Positions 38,001-47,838 of a stretch of 64,000 nt of DNA are shown here, in pieces. The translations under genes and the position numbers were made by a program. The notes under the pieces are model-generated. The model saw nothing but the letters and a program-made list of their open reading frames with translations, was not told the origin of the DNA and did not search any database. Positions within the stretch are counted from its first letter, which is position 1. Every line of letters starts with the position of its first letter. The DNA comes from Phoronis australis (taxonomy: Eukaryota; Animalia; Phoronida), in NCBI GenBank assembly GCA_002633005.1, contig NMRA01000074.1, forward strand, positions 501,425 through 565,424. The letters run 5' to 3'.

Positions 38001-41000
38001 GAGAATATGGCCACAACTGCAAATTACTCAAATAATTAGTAAAACTAATTCATCAAAAGCAGTGCTGTGTTTAAGTTACCATTGAACATTTTAATTTAAC
38101 GGGAGCCAAGTGGGAGCATAACATAAACTTTCTGAATAAAGCCTAAGTCACTTCTCATGAAATGGGGTACACGTACATGTACCTAATAATAGCCAACAAT
38201 TACGTTACAGTCAACGGTGGTTGGTCAGCTTGGTCTGATTGGACCACGTGCAGTGCTAACTGCGGAGGAGGAAGTCAAACCAGGTCAAGGTCATGTGACA
38301 ATCCAGTTCCAGCTAATGGTGGCGCTGTATGTCAAGGCGACAGTGACGAGACACGCGACTGCAACCAGCACTCTTGCCAAGGTAAACTATTATCGACAAT
38401 TGACCACATCAGGCGTGCTTCATATTGTCAGTTCATGAGTCATTTTCTTTGGACATGGACAACAGCTGCTGTGTTCTCATTTATGTTGGTGCATCTACTG
38501 TAGGATCTCACAATTGGTGGCCACCACAATTTTCAAAAAGGCTCCCATACATGTCAACCCGCATGTGACGATTAAGACAAAATAATTTTGAAACGTGTCA
38601 AGTGTCTCAGCCACAGCTCGAATTTGCACGTGTCGGGACGCCGGTCCCATCAAATGCAATTGCTATAAATGAAAACTAAAGTTACAGCGAACTACATGTA
38701 TAATGTTATCAGAACACCATTCTTTTGATTCCGTGGTGTTTTATATAACAGATGGAGTCCACTGTAAACATTTCAGCCTAAAAATCAACACGCATTTGAT
38801 CACCAATGGGTAGCTTAATGTACATTCATGTAATGCTTGTTGACGAATAAAATATGTCTCCAACACACGGAAACATATTAGTCGAAAAATTCGACGGAAA
38901 AACCTGATATTCAACGTCCGTCTTTACTGTATATTGCGGTTCTTCAGGTCCTTTATTTTTAGCTGGTCCTGGCTCGTGCCAAGAAAATGACAACCTGTAC
39001 ACCATCTCCAACCAAGACTGCACGTGCTTCCACCAACTGGACATGACCAACGGTAACAACGGATATCACAGGTGTCCTGCCGGTCTCACGTTCAACCCTG
39101 CTGTTTGTGTATGTGATTGGCCAGGGAATTCTGAATGTAAAGGGGCGGCGTCAGACACGTGTCCACCAGAACCTACCACGATGCCAACAGCAGCAACACC
39201 GTCTAGACGTAAGGGCAATAGTTGTGAAGATTTTATTGGTCTACCTACATTAGCCAATTCTCAATGGGAGAGTTTCTTAGAGGCGGACTTGGTGCATATT
39301 GAACGCATCTAAATCGCAAATTAATTGCACACTCTTCCTGTCGGCAACTTTGCGATATTATTATTGACTTTCTGATCTTAGTAATAGCGAAACAGACGCC
39401 ATACGTGTAGCTTCATCATTAGCTTGTAATTCGAGCTTCCTCTATTTTTTCTCAAGTCATATTTTCGTTATCTTTTTAGCTGGACCCGGCTCGTGCGAGG
39501 AAAATGGTAACCGTTACACCATCTCTAACCGTGATTGCACGTGCTTTCATCAACTGGACACAACCAACGGTAACAATGGATATCACAGATGTCCTGAAGG
39601 TCTCACATTCAACCCTGCTGTTTGTGTCTGTGATTGGCCTGGAAATTCTGAATGTAGAGGGGCAGCGACAGACACGTGTCCACCGGAACCCACCACGATG
39701 CCAACAGCAGCAACACCGTCTAGACGTAAGGGCAATAGTTGTGAAGATTTTATTGGTCTACCTACATTAGCCAATTCTCAATGTGGGAGTTTCTTAGAGG
39801 TGGACTTGGTGCATATTGAACTCATCTAAATCGCGAATTAATTGCACACTCTTCCTGTCGGCAACTTTGCGATGTTCTTGTTGACTTTCTGATCTTAGTA
39901 ATAGCGAAACAGACGCCATACGTGTAGGTTCATCATTAGTTTGTAATTCGAGCTTCCTCTATTTTTTCTCAAGTCATATTTTCGTTATCTTTTTAGCTGG
40001 ACCCGGCTCGTGCGAGGAAAATGGTAACCGTTACACCATCTCTAACCGCGATTGCACGTGCTTTCATCAACTGGACACAACCAACGGTAACAATGGATAT
40101 CACAGATGTCCTGCAGGTCTCACATTCAACCCTGCTGTTTGTGTCTGTGATTGGCCTGGAAATTCTGAATGTAGAGGGGCGACGACAGACACGTGTCCAC
40201 CGGAACCCACTACGATGCCAACAGCAGCAACACCGTCTAGTAGTAAGGCAATACTTGTAAAGAGCTTTTAATTATTGCTCAACGTACCGTAATTAATTCT
40301 CAACTTTGAGTATATTATAGGCGAGCCTGGTGCTTATTGAACACATCAGAATCACGGATTTATTGCAAACTCTTTACAATGGCCGAATTTTCAAAATCTT
40401 GTAGATTTTTTGAACTCAATAAGAGAGACACATATGTCCTAGCTCCGTAAGAAGCATGTAATCTTGACATTCTCTCATTTTCTTCTCCAATGATACGTTC
40501 GTTAATCTTTTTAGCTGGACCCGGCTCGTGCGAGGAAAACGGCAACCGCTACACCATATCTAACAGAGATTGCACGTGTTTCCATCAACTCGACATGACC
40601 AATGGTAACAGCGGATATCACAGATGTCCTGCCGGTCTCACATTCAACCCTGCTGTTTGTGTCTGTGACTGGCCTGGAAATTCTGAATGTAGAGGGGCGG
40701 CGACAGACACGTGTCCACCGAAACCCACTACGCTGCCTACAGCAGCAACGTCGTCTATCAGTAAGGACAATCCTTGTAAAGAATATATTGCTCAACGTAC
40801 CGTGACCAATTCTCAGTGTTAGAGGTTCTTAGACGCAAACTGAGTGCTTATTGAACGTATCTGAATCACAAATGTATTGTTGACTAGCTTCACAAATGCC
40901 GACTTTCAGTATTCTTGCAGATTTCTCAGTGGGCGGACCTTTGCCCTAACTCCACCTGCAGCATTTAATCCTTTTTAAAAATTCTCTTATTTTTCTCAAG

Positions 41001-44000
41001 TGATACTTTCGTTCATCTTTCTAGCTGGACCCGGCTCGTGCGAGGAAAACGGTAACCGTTACACCATCTCTAACCGAGATTGCACGTGTTTCCACCAACT
41101 CGACACCACCAACGGTAACAGTGGATATCACAGATGTCCTGACGGTCTCACTTTCAACCCTGCTGTTTGTGTATGTGACTGGCCGAGAAACTCTGAATGC
41201 AGAGGAGCGGCTACAGATACTTGTCCCCCAGAACCAACCACGGCGCCAATAGTAACAACGCCATCTAGCAGTAAGTACTGAAATTTCGTTGCTCTCTACA
41301 ATTGTGTGTGAGTACCAATCAATATTGCGTGTCACTGGATGCAGTCAGTGCTTTTCGATACCTTTGGGAAGATTCCAGCACATGCGAAGCCCCGACAACA
41401 ACTACATCATCTCTAACTGAGACTGCACGTGCTTCTACCAACTGGACACGACTAACGCTAGCAGTTTTTGTGACTGTGAACGGCCGAGGGGCTGGGAATG
41501 GAGAGGGGCGGAGGTAGACACGTATCCACCGAAACATATTATGACGGCACTATCAGTAATGTCTTTTAGCATTGTTTTATTTCCTCATCGTCGGGAACTT
41601 CTAAATGATACGAATCATCCTCCAGGATAACTTACAGCTTATTGAATGCAGCTTCATCGTGAATTTATGACAGATTTGCCACAGTGGCCATTTTGCAATC
41701 GATTTCTTCAAGTCAGTAACAGAAGTACCATTATCTTTGTTTGTAGCGAGAGATCGAAACGTCTTTTAAAGTAGTTTCTCTATTAATTTTTAGATTCTGC
41801 AGTTGTGTGTGAGCACCAGTCTATGACATTGTTGTGCACCGAAGCAAATGGCGTCTTAACAATAGTCTCTGCAACCTATGGACGAAACGATGGTACCACG
41901 TGTACTGGAAATGGTCGACCAATAAAAACGACAACCTGCAGTGCGTCAACGTCACTCAGGGTAGTCCAGCAACTATGCGACGGCAAACAGCAGTGTTCTG
42001 TTTTGGCTGAAAATAGTGTGTTTGGTGATCCATGCGTCGGTACCTTTAAATATCTTGCTGTTGAGTACAAATGTAGGCGCCCAGAAGAATTAACTACAGT
42101 ACCAGGTAATCATAAAACTTTGATGTAGCTGGCTACATATTAATGTGCTTTTTCCAGTGAAATGGCAGATATCAGATAATACGCTTCTCGTATCCAACAA
42201 AATTCTACGTGGATGCAAATGATGAATAATTCAACTACACTCACCCTCAGGCTAATAAAAGTTTACGTTGCAGGGAACACAGCAGTCCCCTTTTTCGGAA
42301 TATGATAGAATGGATATGCTAGGTTTTCCCACCTCTTCCGTGTTGCTGTACCGGCACAACTTCTGGTGGTGCACAGTCGCAATGGTCTCAGCTAGGTTTT
42401 GGATATGTTAACTCAAACTCCACCAGACTAGTTTAGGGAGGGATGGCCTCATAAAAAAACCACGCTCGAACCAGTTACTCTCCTAGTCTTTATTTTGCAT
42501 TCTCAGTCAAAAATCGATGACCTGCAATACTGCAATGTTCAGCAACCAGCTTATCCACGAAATTCTGTTGTCTCAAAGTTGTTCCTAATCTGACATGTTC
42601 GTATATCTTTAGCTGGTCCCGGCTCGTGCGAAGAAAACGGTAACCGTTACACTATTTCTAATCAAGACTGCACGTGCTTCCATCAACTGGACACGACAAA
42701 CGGTAACAATGGGTATCACAGATGTCCCGCTGGTCTCACGTTCAACCCTGCTGTTTGCGTCTGTGACTGGCCAGGGAACTCAGAGTGTAGAGGGGCGGCG
42801 ACAAATACATGTCCCCCAGAAACTACCACAGCGCCAACTTCAACAACGCTACCTAGCAGTAAGGGCCAGATTTATATAGAGTTTATTGCTTAAGGGTATT
42901 TTCGCTACATTTTGCCAGAGAAAAGTCACAGAACAGTCATTTTTTACTACAATGAATAACTTTAAAAACATTTCAGTATCAATTTTTATTTCAAGATATC
43001 GTTTAATTTGAAAAACGCTGATTTTACGCTGAGTTTCTGTTATTTCGGCGTTTAACAATAGGGCGTGATATCGAATTTCACGAAACCATATTTAACAATA
43101 GGTATTCCCAAGTGTAGACATTAGGTGCGACTGTTCAAACGGCAATTTGAATTTAAAGATCAAACGTATTTTCTTAATTGCCCACATCAACGAATCAGAC
43201 TTAGAAATCCCTATAGCATATCACAATCGCCATCGTATGAAATGCAGCGGATTAAGTTTGGTCTTGAAGTTGAGGCGCTCTTGAGAACGTCAAATTGCGC
43301 ATTCGTTCATTTAAAGTAATTCAAAAACGAAGTCGATGAACCTCTAGTGTATTCATATTTCAGAGAGTACACAATCATAATCAAACACCAAGCTTCATAT
43401 TGCAACTTATGTTTTAATAGCAGCCTGTACATAACAGTCATTTACCCTATGCATAAAAGGCAATAAGATCATTTCCTCATCTTCAATATTTTACAAATCC
43501 AAACAAAGCCACATCCCCACATGTCAATAAAACGTTGGGATAACCCGTGCACTATTTGTTTTTCGTCTAGATTCATTAAGCTGACGCAAAGCATTGCACG
43601 CTGATTTTGGAAGTCTATAATGGATCATATCTAGTAGCTTTAACCAAAACTGGTTAAATCAGTCTTCAAATGTGAGGGAACAAGAGGTCTCCCAAACTCA
43701 CCCAGGACTGCAGCGGTGCTCGCCGAAGACGCACAATTCCAAAAGTGCTTAGGTTATATAATCGGTGTGTTTAGCCTAAGAAAATAATAGACTTGTTCCC
43801 TCATGTAACCACGTAAGCAGCGTGTGCTCGAAACGCCCTAAAATATTAGTAACAGAAGTCACAGTATCTTCATATGTAGCGAGAGGTCGAAACGTCTTTC
43901 TCCACTAAATTGTAGATTCTGCAGTTGTGTGCGAACATCAATCAATGGCGCTGTCGTGCAGCGAAGCAAATAACGTCTTGACAATAATTTCTGCGACTTA

Positions 44001-46747
44001 TGGACGAAACGATGGTACTACATGTACTGGAAATGGCCGTCCGATAAAAACAACGACTTGCAGTGCGTCAACGTCACTCAGTGTGGTCCAGCGACTGTGC
44101 AACGACAAACGGCAATGTTCAGTTTTGGCGGGAAATCGGGTGTTTGGTGATCCCTGCGTCGGTACTTTTAAATATCTTGCCGTCGAATACAGGTGCAGCC
44201 GCGCAGAGACAGCGATGACACCAACAGGTAAACACAATACGTTAGCAGGGCCTTGTGGCTTGTAATATACTTGCATTAGTTTTTCGGTGATGTCATTGCT
44301 GTCGTGGGTCTGTTTTACAAAAGGTGACTTAAGAAAAAAAATTGGTTTTCAGTCGCGCTTCACACAATTATTTCTAAAAACTACATACTCATAAGTGCAA
44401 CAGTGATAATTTATAAGAGTTACTTCTCGACTGCAATGCACTCATAATTACTTGATTAAACCAGTTTTCAGCAATGGTGATATGGGAGCGCAAGACCAAA
44501 TTTCCAGCTGCAACGCGTGCGTGTTCACGTGTCCAGTGTAAAAGGAGAAATGTCCATTTAAATAGTTTTCGACATGCACGCATTTAAAGCCTATCTTCAA
44601 CGGTAACACCTGAAAATTTGGTTCCTGTACAGTATGTTAAGAGTATCCCTCTGAGCCCACTTGTGCTATAAATTGTCAAATGTAACGAACTGTTTGGCGT
44701 ATTAGTTTGCTTTTGTCTACGTCACCGCGAGAATCACCTTTTAATTCAAACTGCTGCGAATAACACCCGCACGCAATGGTGTTCTATTCAGACCCTGTTC
44801 AATACAACCTTTTGTTGTTTGTGCTGGGATCTCGCGGTGACGCAACATGGCGCGAAAAGGCAGTTTCACTTATCACTTAACTGGTTTACATTTGCGTGAT
44901 TGAAATTGCGTTTTCTTATTTTACTAAAGCTTTGCTAGGGCTATCTGGTTAGCCCAATACATCTAAAATAACAAAATTCCGTTGAAGTTAAGCTTTAAAT
45001 AGAGAACTTGTACATTCACTGACTAACAAGTCCAGTGTGTTGACAATCATCATAAACCCGACATTTGGCGTCTCTCCTATTACACTGGCTTTGATATTCT
45101 TTTTGTAATGAGCGATTTCTACTGTTAAGAGTTAGAAAGATTTCCTGCCCTTAATTTAGTAGAATTGGTGTATTTAGCGCATNAACGGTAACACCTGAAA
45201 ATTTGGTTCCTGTACAGTATGTTAAGAGCATCCCTCTGAGCCCACTTGTGCTATAAATTGTCAAATGTAACGAACTGTTTAGCGTATTAGTTTGCTTTTG
45301 TCTACGTCACCGCGAGAATCACCTTTTAATTCAAACTGCTGCGAATAACACCCGCACGCAATGGTGTTCTATTCAGACCCTGTTCAATACAACCTTTTGT
45401 TGTTTGTGCTGGGATTTCGCGGTGACGCAACATGGCGCGAAAAGGCAGTTTCACTTATCACTTAACTGGTTTACATTTGCGTGATTGAAATCGCGTTTTC
45501 TTATTTTACTAAAGCTTTGCTAGGGCTATCTGGTTAGCCCAATACATCTAAAATAACAAAATTCCGTTGAAGTTAAGCTTTAAATAGAGAACTTGTACAT
45601 TCACTGACTAACAAGTCCAGTGTGTTGACAATCATCATAAACCCGAAATTTGGCGTCTCTCCTATTACACTGGCTTTGATATTCTTTTTGTAATGAGCGA
45701 TTTCTACTGTTAAGAGTTAGAAAGATTTCCTGCCCTTAATTTAGTAGAATTGGTGTATTTAGCGCATCTCTTTCCACCAGTGAGACTGCTATGCAAGTCG
45801 TGTGGGACTCTGGGACACCCATTCGCGAAATCCACGGCTTTTTACATGTCCAAGTAAACGCTCGATTCGATCTTCATGAGCTGTTTATGAAGAAAGCGTC
45901 CTCTCTTTTCATCTGAGTTGAATGAAAACAGAAGATGTCCACCAGCACGTGGGAGTCCCTAGACTAAGAGTACCACGTGACCTGCATGCTGACACGTTTA
46001 TAGATACACGGTAGGACCACTACTAGCGTCACCTTGTGAACCACAAGGTCTTCATTGGAACTATGGTAACACGGGCATCCTCAACTGCTAGCAAACTATT
46101 AAGTGTGGTTTTAAATCTCAACTAATCATTTCCGTCGCAGCAACTGTTGTGAATAATGTTTTGTCATTTTTACTTACGCATCGTAAGGTCCAGAGAGAAG
46201 TAACGCTTTTTCTGCACTTGCGTGTAAGTGTTTGAGCAACTTCATTCTTACACATATGGATAGTTTGTAAATTTTCAGCATGAATTGGACATTAGTGTAG
46301 GACACTGGCCAGTTACTTGCTTTGGGAATATTCAGGACAATATGGCATCAGGACTCTGTAAACTGCAATTCTCATAACTCGAACTTTGAACAGACGTACA
46401 TAAGCCTAAGGTTTACACATGCGCAATGATGCCTTGATGGACACACGCAGTGTTGGAACACTTTTTAATGAAACAATAATCACATTGTGTATACCGTATT
46501 TTTAGGTGGCTCGGGATCTTGCGAGGTAAACGGTAACAGTTACACCATTGTCAGTAAAGACTGTACTCGCTACTCAGAGGCAAAGCTTGCTTTGGGTATC
46601 CAGCGTGTCCACGACTGTCCCGACGGCCTCCAGTTTAATTTGGATCCTACAGTGTGCACGTGCGACTGGCCAACAAACGTGAGATGCCCCGCGCCAAAAA
46701 CCACAACGACAACCACCATCGCTGCGCCATTCATTCCACTTCGTTGA
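17028..46747 (+). CDS. Secreted modular protein ~2,626 aa: SP-C-S-C-S-C-C-S-C-C-(TSP1)x18-C5-S-C-S-C (C = CBM14-like chitin-binding module with Thr/Pro linker, S = SUEL rhamnose/galactose-binding lectin); rhamnospondin-like
   Basis: 37 intact coding exons, all internal ones phase 1-1, summing to 7,881 nt; signal peptide [18 protein letters not shown]; stop at 46747 and AATAAA at 47122; no TM segment. Confidence 0.8.
17659..17901 (+). CDS. CBM14-like exon 1
   Basis: [42 protein letters not shown]; phase 1-1. Confidence 0.88.
18353..18664 (+). CDS. SUEL lectin exon 1
   Basis: [22 protein letters not shown]; 312 nt, phase 1-1. Confidence 0.9.
18784..19029 (+). CDS. CBM14-like exon 2
   Basis: ttaag| ... 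A|gtacgt; 246 nt, open. Confidence 0.85.
19481..19792 (+). CDS. SUEL lectin exon 2
   Basis: ATYGR / [10 protein letters not shown]; 312 nt. Confidence 0.9.
19911..20156 (+). CDS. CBM14-like exon 3
   Basis: ctaag| ... C|gtaagt; 246 nt. Confidence 0.85.
20261..20506 (+). CDS. CBM14-like exon 4
   Basis: tgaag| ... A|gtaagt; 246 nt. Confidence 0.85.
20943..21254 (+). CDS. SUEL lectin exon 3
   Basis: ATYGR / [10 protein letters not shown]; 312 nt. Confidence 0.9.
21373..21618 (+). CDS. CBM14-like exon 5
   Basis: 246 nt, phase 1-1. Confidence 0.85.
21722..21952 (+). CDS. CBM14-like exon 6
   Basis: 231 nt, phase 1-1, short linker. Confidence 0.85.
22463..22633 (+). CDS. TSP1 exon 1
   Basis: [29 protein letters not shown]; 171 nt. 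Confidence 0.88.
23856..24026 (+). CDS. TSP1 exon 2
   Basis: [17 protein letters not shown]; 171 nt. Confidence 0.88.
25085..25255 (+). CDS. TSP1 exon 3
   Basis: [17 protein letters not shown]; 171 nt. Confidence 0.87.
25861..26031 (+). CDS. TSP1 exon 4
   Basis: [17 protein letters not shown]; 171 nt. Confidence 0.87.
26324..26494 (+). CDS. TSP1 exon 5
   Basis: 171 nt, open, phase 1-1. Confidence 0.87.
26795..26963 (+). pseudogene. TSP1 exon 6, pseudo-exon
   Basis: First Cys codon is TGA (26833-26835); a 2-nt deletion near the 3' end gives 169 nt; weak T|gtaaaa donor. Confidence 0.85.
27201..27371 (+). CDS. TSP1 exon 7
   Basis: 171 nt, open. Confidence 0.87.
27654..27824 (+). CDS. TSP1 exon 8
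   Basis: 171 nt, open. Confidence 0.87.
28066..28236 (+). CDS. TSP1 exon 9
   Basis: 171 nt, open. Confidence 0.87.
28454..28624 (+). CDS. TSP1 exon 10
   Basis: 171 nt, open. Confidence 0.87.
28738..29608. mobile_element. non-autonomous element with inverted repeat TTTATACCAC/GTGGTATAAA, terminal ~164-bp hairpin and internal tRNA-like segment (possibly CryptonV-type)
   Basis: Absent from the paralogous introns after TSP1 exons 5 and 7; hairpin 29445-29608; pol III A/B boxes on the minus strand at 28830-28900. Confidence 0.7.
29787..29957 (+). CDS. TSP1 exon 11
   Basis: 171 nt, open. Confidence 0.87.
30097..30703 (+). mobile_element. 5'-truncated L1/Tx1-clade LINE (3' end of ORF2, 3' UTR and A-rich tail)
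   Basis: Degenerate translation [65 protein letters not shown]; AATAAA and A-rich tail; TSD TGTCGTT at 30090-30096 and 30704-30710. Confidence 0.8.
30832..31002 (+). CDS. TSP1 exon 12
   Basis: 171 nt, open. Confidence 0.87.
31242..31412 (+). CDS. TSP1 exon 13 (weak T|gtaaag donor)
   Basis: 171 nt, open. Confidence 0.75.
31912..32082 (+). CDS. TSP1 exon 14
   Basis: 171 nt; ends [11 protein letters not shown]. Confidence 0.85.
32556..32726 (+). CDS. TSP1 exon 15
   Basis: 171 nt, open. Confidence 0.87.
33440..34135. mobile_element. old foldback / long-TIR element (imperfect inverted repeat, ~700 bp)
   Basis: agtcaaatatcgaaaaaact (33527) pairs with agttttttcgatatttgact (34027); further paired blocks aagaaaggtac/gtacctttctt and tttactaaaac/gttttagtaaa. 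Confidence 0.65.
34308..34478 (+). CDS. TSP1 exon 16
   Basis: 171 nt; paralog of exon 14. Confidence 0.87.
35070..35240 (+). CDS. TSP1 exon 17
   Basis: 171 nt, open. Confidence 0.87.
35925..36095 (+). pseudogene. TSP1 exon 18, probable pseudo-exon
   Basis: Donor mutated to G|ttaac and 4th Cys changed to Ser (CAG TCT); frame otherwise open. Confidence 0.7.
36843..37013 (+). CDS. TSP1 exon 19
   Basis: [21 protein letters not shown]; 171 nt. Confidence 0.87.
38211..38381 (+). CDS. TSP1 exon 20
   Basis: [21 protein letters not shown]; 171 nt. Confidence 0.88.
38963..39208 (+). CDS. CBM14-like exon 7
   Basis: 246 nt, phase 1-1. Confidence 0.87.
39480..39725 (+). CDS. CBM14-like exon 8
   Basis: 246 nt; 517-bp tandem period. 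Confidence 0.87.
39997..40242 (+). CDS. CBM14-like exon 9
   Basis: 246 nt; 517-bp tandem period. Confidence 0.87.
40515..40760 (+). CDS. CBM14-like exon 10
   Basis: 246 nt. Confidence 0.87.
41025..41270 (+). CDS. CBM14-like exon 11
   Basis: 246 nt. Confidence 0.87.
41369..41555 (+). pseudogene. decayed CBM14-like exon relic
   Basis: catctctaacTGAgactgcacgtgcttctaccaactggacacg resembles the intact exons but has a stop and an internal deletion. Confidence 0.75.
41794..42105 (+). CDS. SUEL lectin exon 4
   Basis: ATYGR / [10 protein letters not shown]; 312 nt. Confidence 0.9.
42613..42858 (+). CDS. CBM14-like exon 12
   Basis: 246 nt. Confidence 0.87.
43916..44227 (+). CDS. SUEL lectin exon 5
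   Basis: ATYGR / [10 protein letters not shown]; 312 nt. Confidence 0.9.
44599..45767. repeat. 584-bp direct duplication (44599-45182 / 45184-45767) around a single N; probable assembly artefact
   Basis: Near-identical copies abut n at 45183. Confidence 0.88.
46506..46747 (+). CDS. terminal exon: divergent 6-Cys CBM14-like module and stop
   Basis: tttag|; [48 protein letters not shown]. Confidence 0.82.
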
Positions 46748-46796
46748 TTCAAGTTGATAATTGTTGTGCATTCAGTTACGCAAATGAAGAGCTCTG

Positions 46797-47074
46797 GGGT
46801 CTGCTTCATGAAAGTGACTTAAGACAGACAGAAATGTGGTCTAACTTCCCTACTTCACATTTTCTGAAAAAGGTTTAGCTAAGTGACTAATGAGAGAATC
46901 ATAATCTAGAAATGATTGATAGCAATTATCCAAGTAACTATCGATAATGTGCATATTTTCAGGGACTTTAAAATTGGTTTACTGGCAGTCACTTATTTTT
47001 CAAAAATAGTTGTGTGGAGCTAAGATCAAACTTACTTAAGTAAGTCTTAAGTCACATTTCATGAAACAAGTCCC
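46797..47074. mobile_element. MITE (Harbinger-like TIRs) in the 3' UTR of the lectin/TSP1 gene
   Basis: gggtctgcttcatgaaagtgacttaagac pairs with gtcttaagtcacatttcatgaaacaagtccc; related ends at ~35442 and ~37415-37685. Confidence 0.6.
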
Positions 47075-47121
47075 GGATGTAACGTGTGCTGGCTTTACTA
47101 GCCCCGATCTGCTGTGATTAG

Positions 47122-47127
47122 AATAAA
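47122..47127 (+). terminator. polyadenylation signal of the lectin/TSP1 gene
   Basis: AATAAA ~375 nt after the stop. Confidence 0.55.
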
Positions 47128-47377
47128 AAATGATTGCATACCTTTTCCTTATATTTGTATACATTGAAATCTTGTCACAGAAATTGGTCCAGGTTGAGGA
47201 TATTAGTAACATTGTGTGCTAGGAATTCGTTATGTAACGCAAAGTTGGAGAAAATAAGTGGCAATCTCACGCCACTCATTAGTTTACATTTTAATGTGAT
47301 TAAATTTTTATACTTACGCTATTGATAGTTTTTGTATAGGATAACATAGTTTTAACTGATTAGTGCTGTTCAAAGAT

Positions 47378-47383
47378 TTTTAT
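47378..47383 (-). terminator. candidate polyadenylation signal of the multi-EGF gene
   Basis: tttatt on + (AATAAA on -), ~460 nt past the stop at 47839. Confidence 0.4.
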
Positions 47384-47838
47384 TACAAAATAATTTAAAA
47401 TAAATATACAATAGCAGTATAAAAAATTGATATTTATTACATGTCGACCATACGTTCTCCAACAACCAACAGACACTAATAGCCCACAAAGACAGACACC
47501 TTGGTCTACGAAAATTCGTAAATCTCACCACAGTAATACGCAAACATTCCGATTGCAATTACTGCCTTCTTGTCAAGACAAGACAATTGAAAATACGATA
47601 GCAAGTAGCATATGGATGCGATACTTCTTGCAGAGCATTTTAAATGGCATTGCGCAACACCCTCCTTGCATTTGAAGTCGGATTTAGCTCTGATGCAGAA
47701 CTTGACGGTCCAATCAATCTGAGAGGGTATACGCATATCATTTACAAGTTACACAAGCATTTTCACAAGCAAATTGTTCGCCTCGCACAGCAAAGGTTTG
47801 CAGTGGTTCAGTTTAGACATTAACCAGAATACTAACAG

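Noticed and set aside
22463-41270. CRISPR-like repeat-spacer array
   Set aside because: The repeats are 171-246-nt spliceosomal exons with homologous introns in a eukaryotic gene.
44599-45767. 584-bp intronic tandem repeat
   Set aside because: Joined by a single N with only a few SNPs; assembly artefact more likely.
17028-46747. Latrophilin/BAI adhesion GPCR, hemicentin, SCO-spondin or chitinase
   Set aside because: No GAIN/7TM, Ig, VWD or GH18 exons were found; the gene ends in a stop and poly(A) signal after a CBM14-like module.
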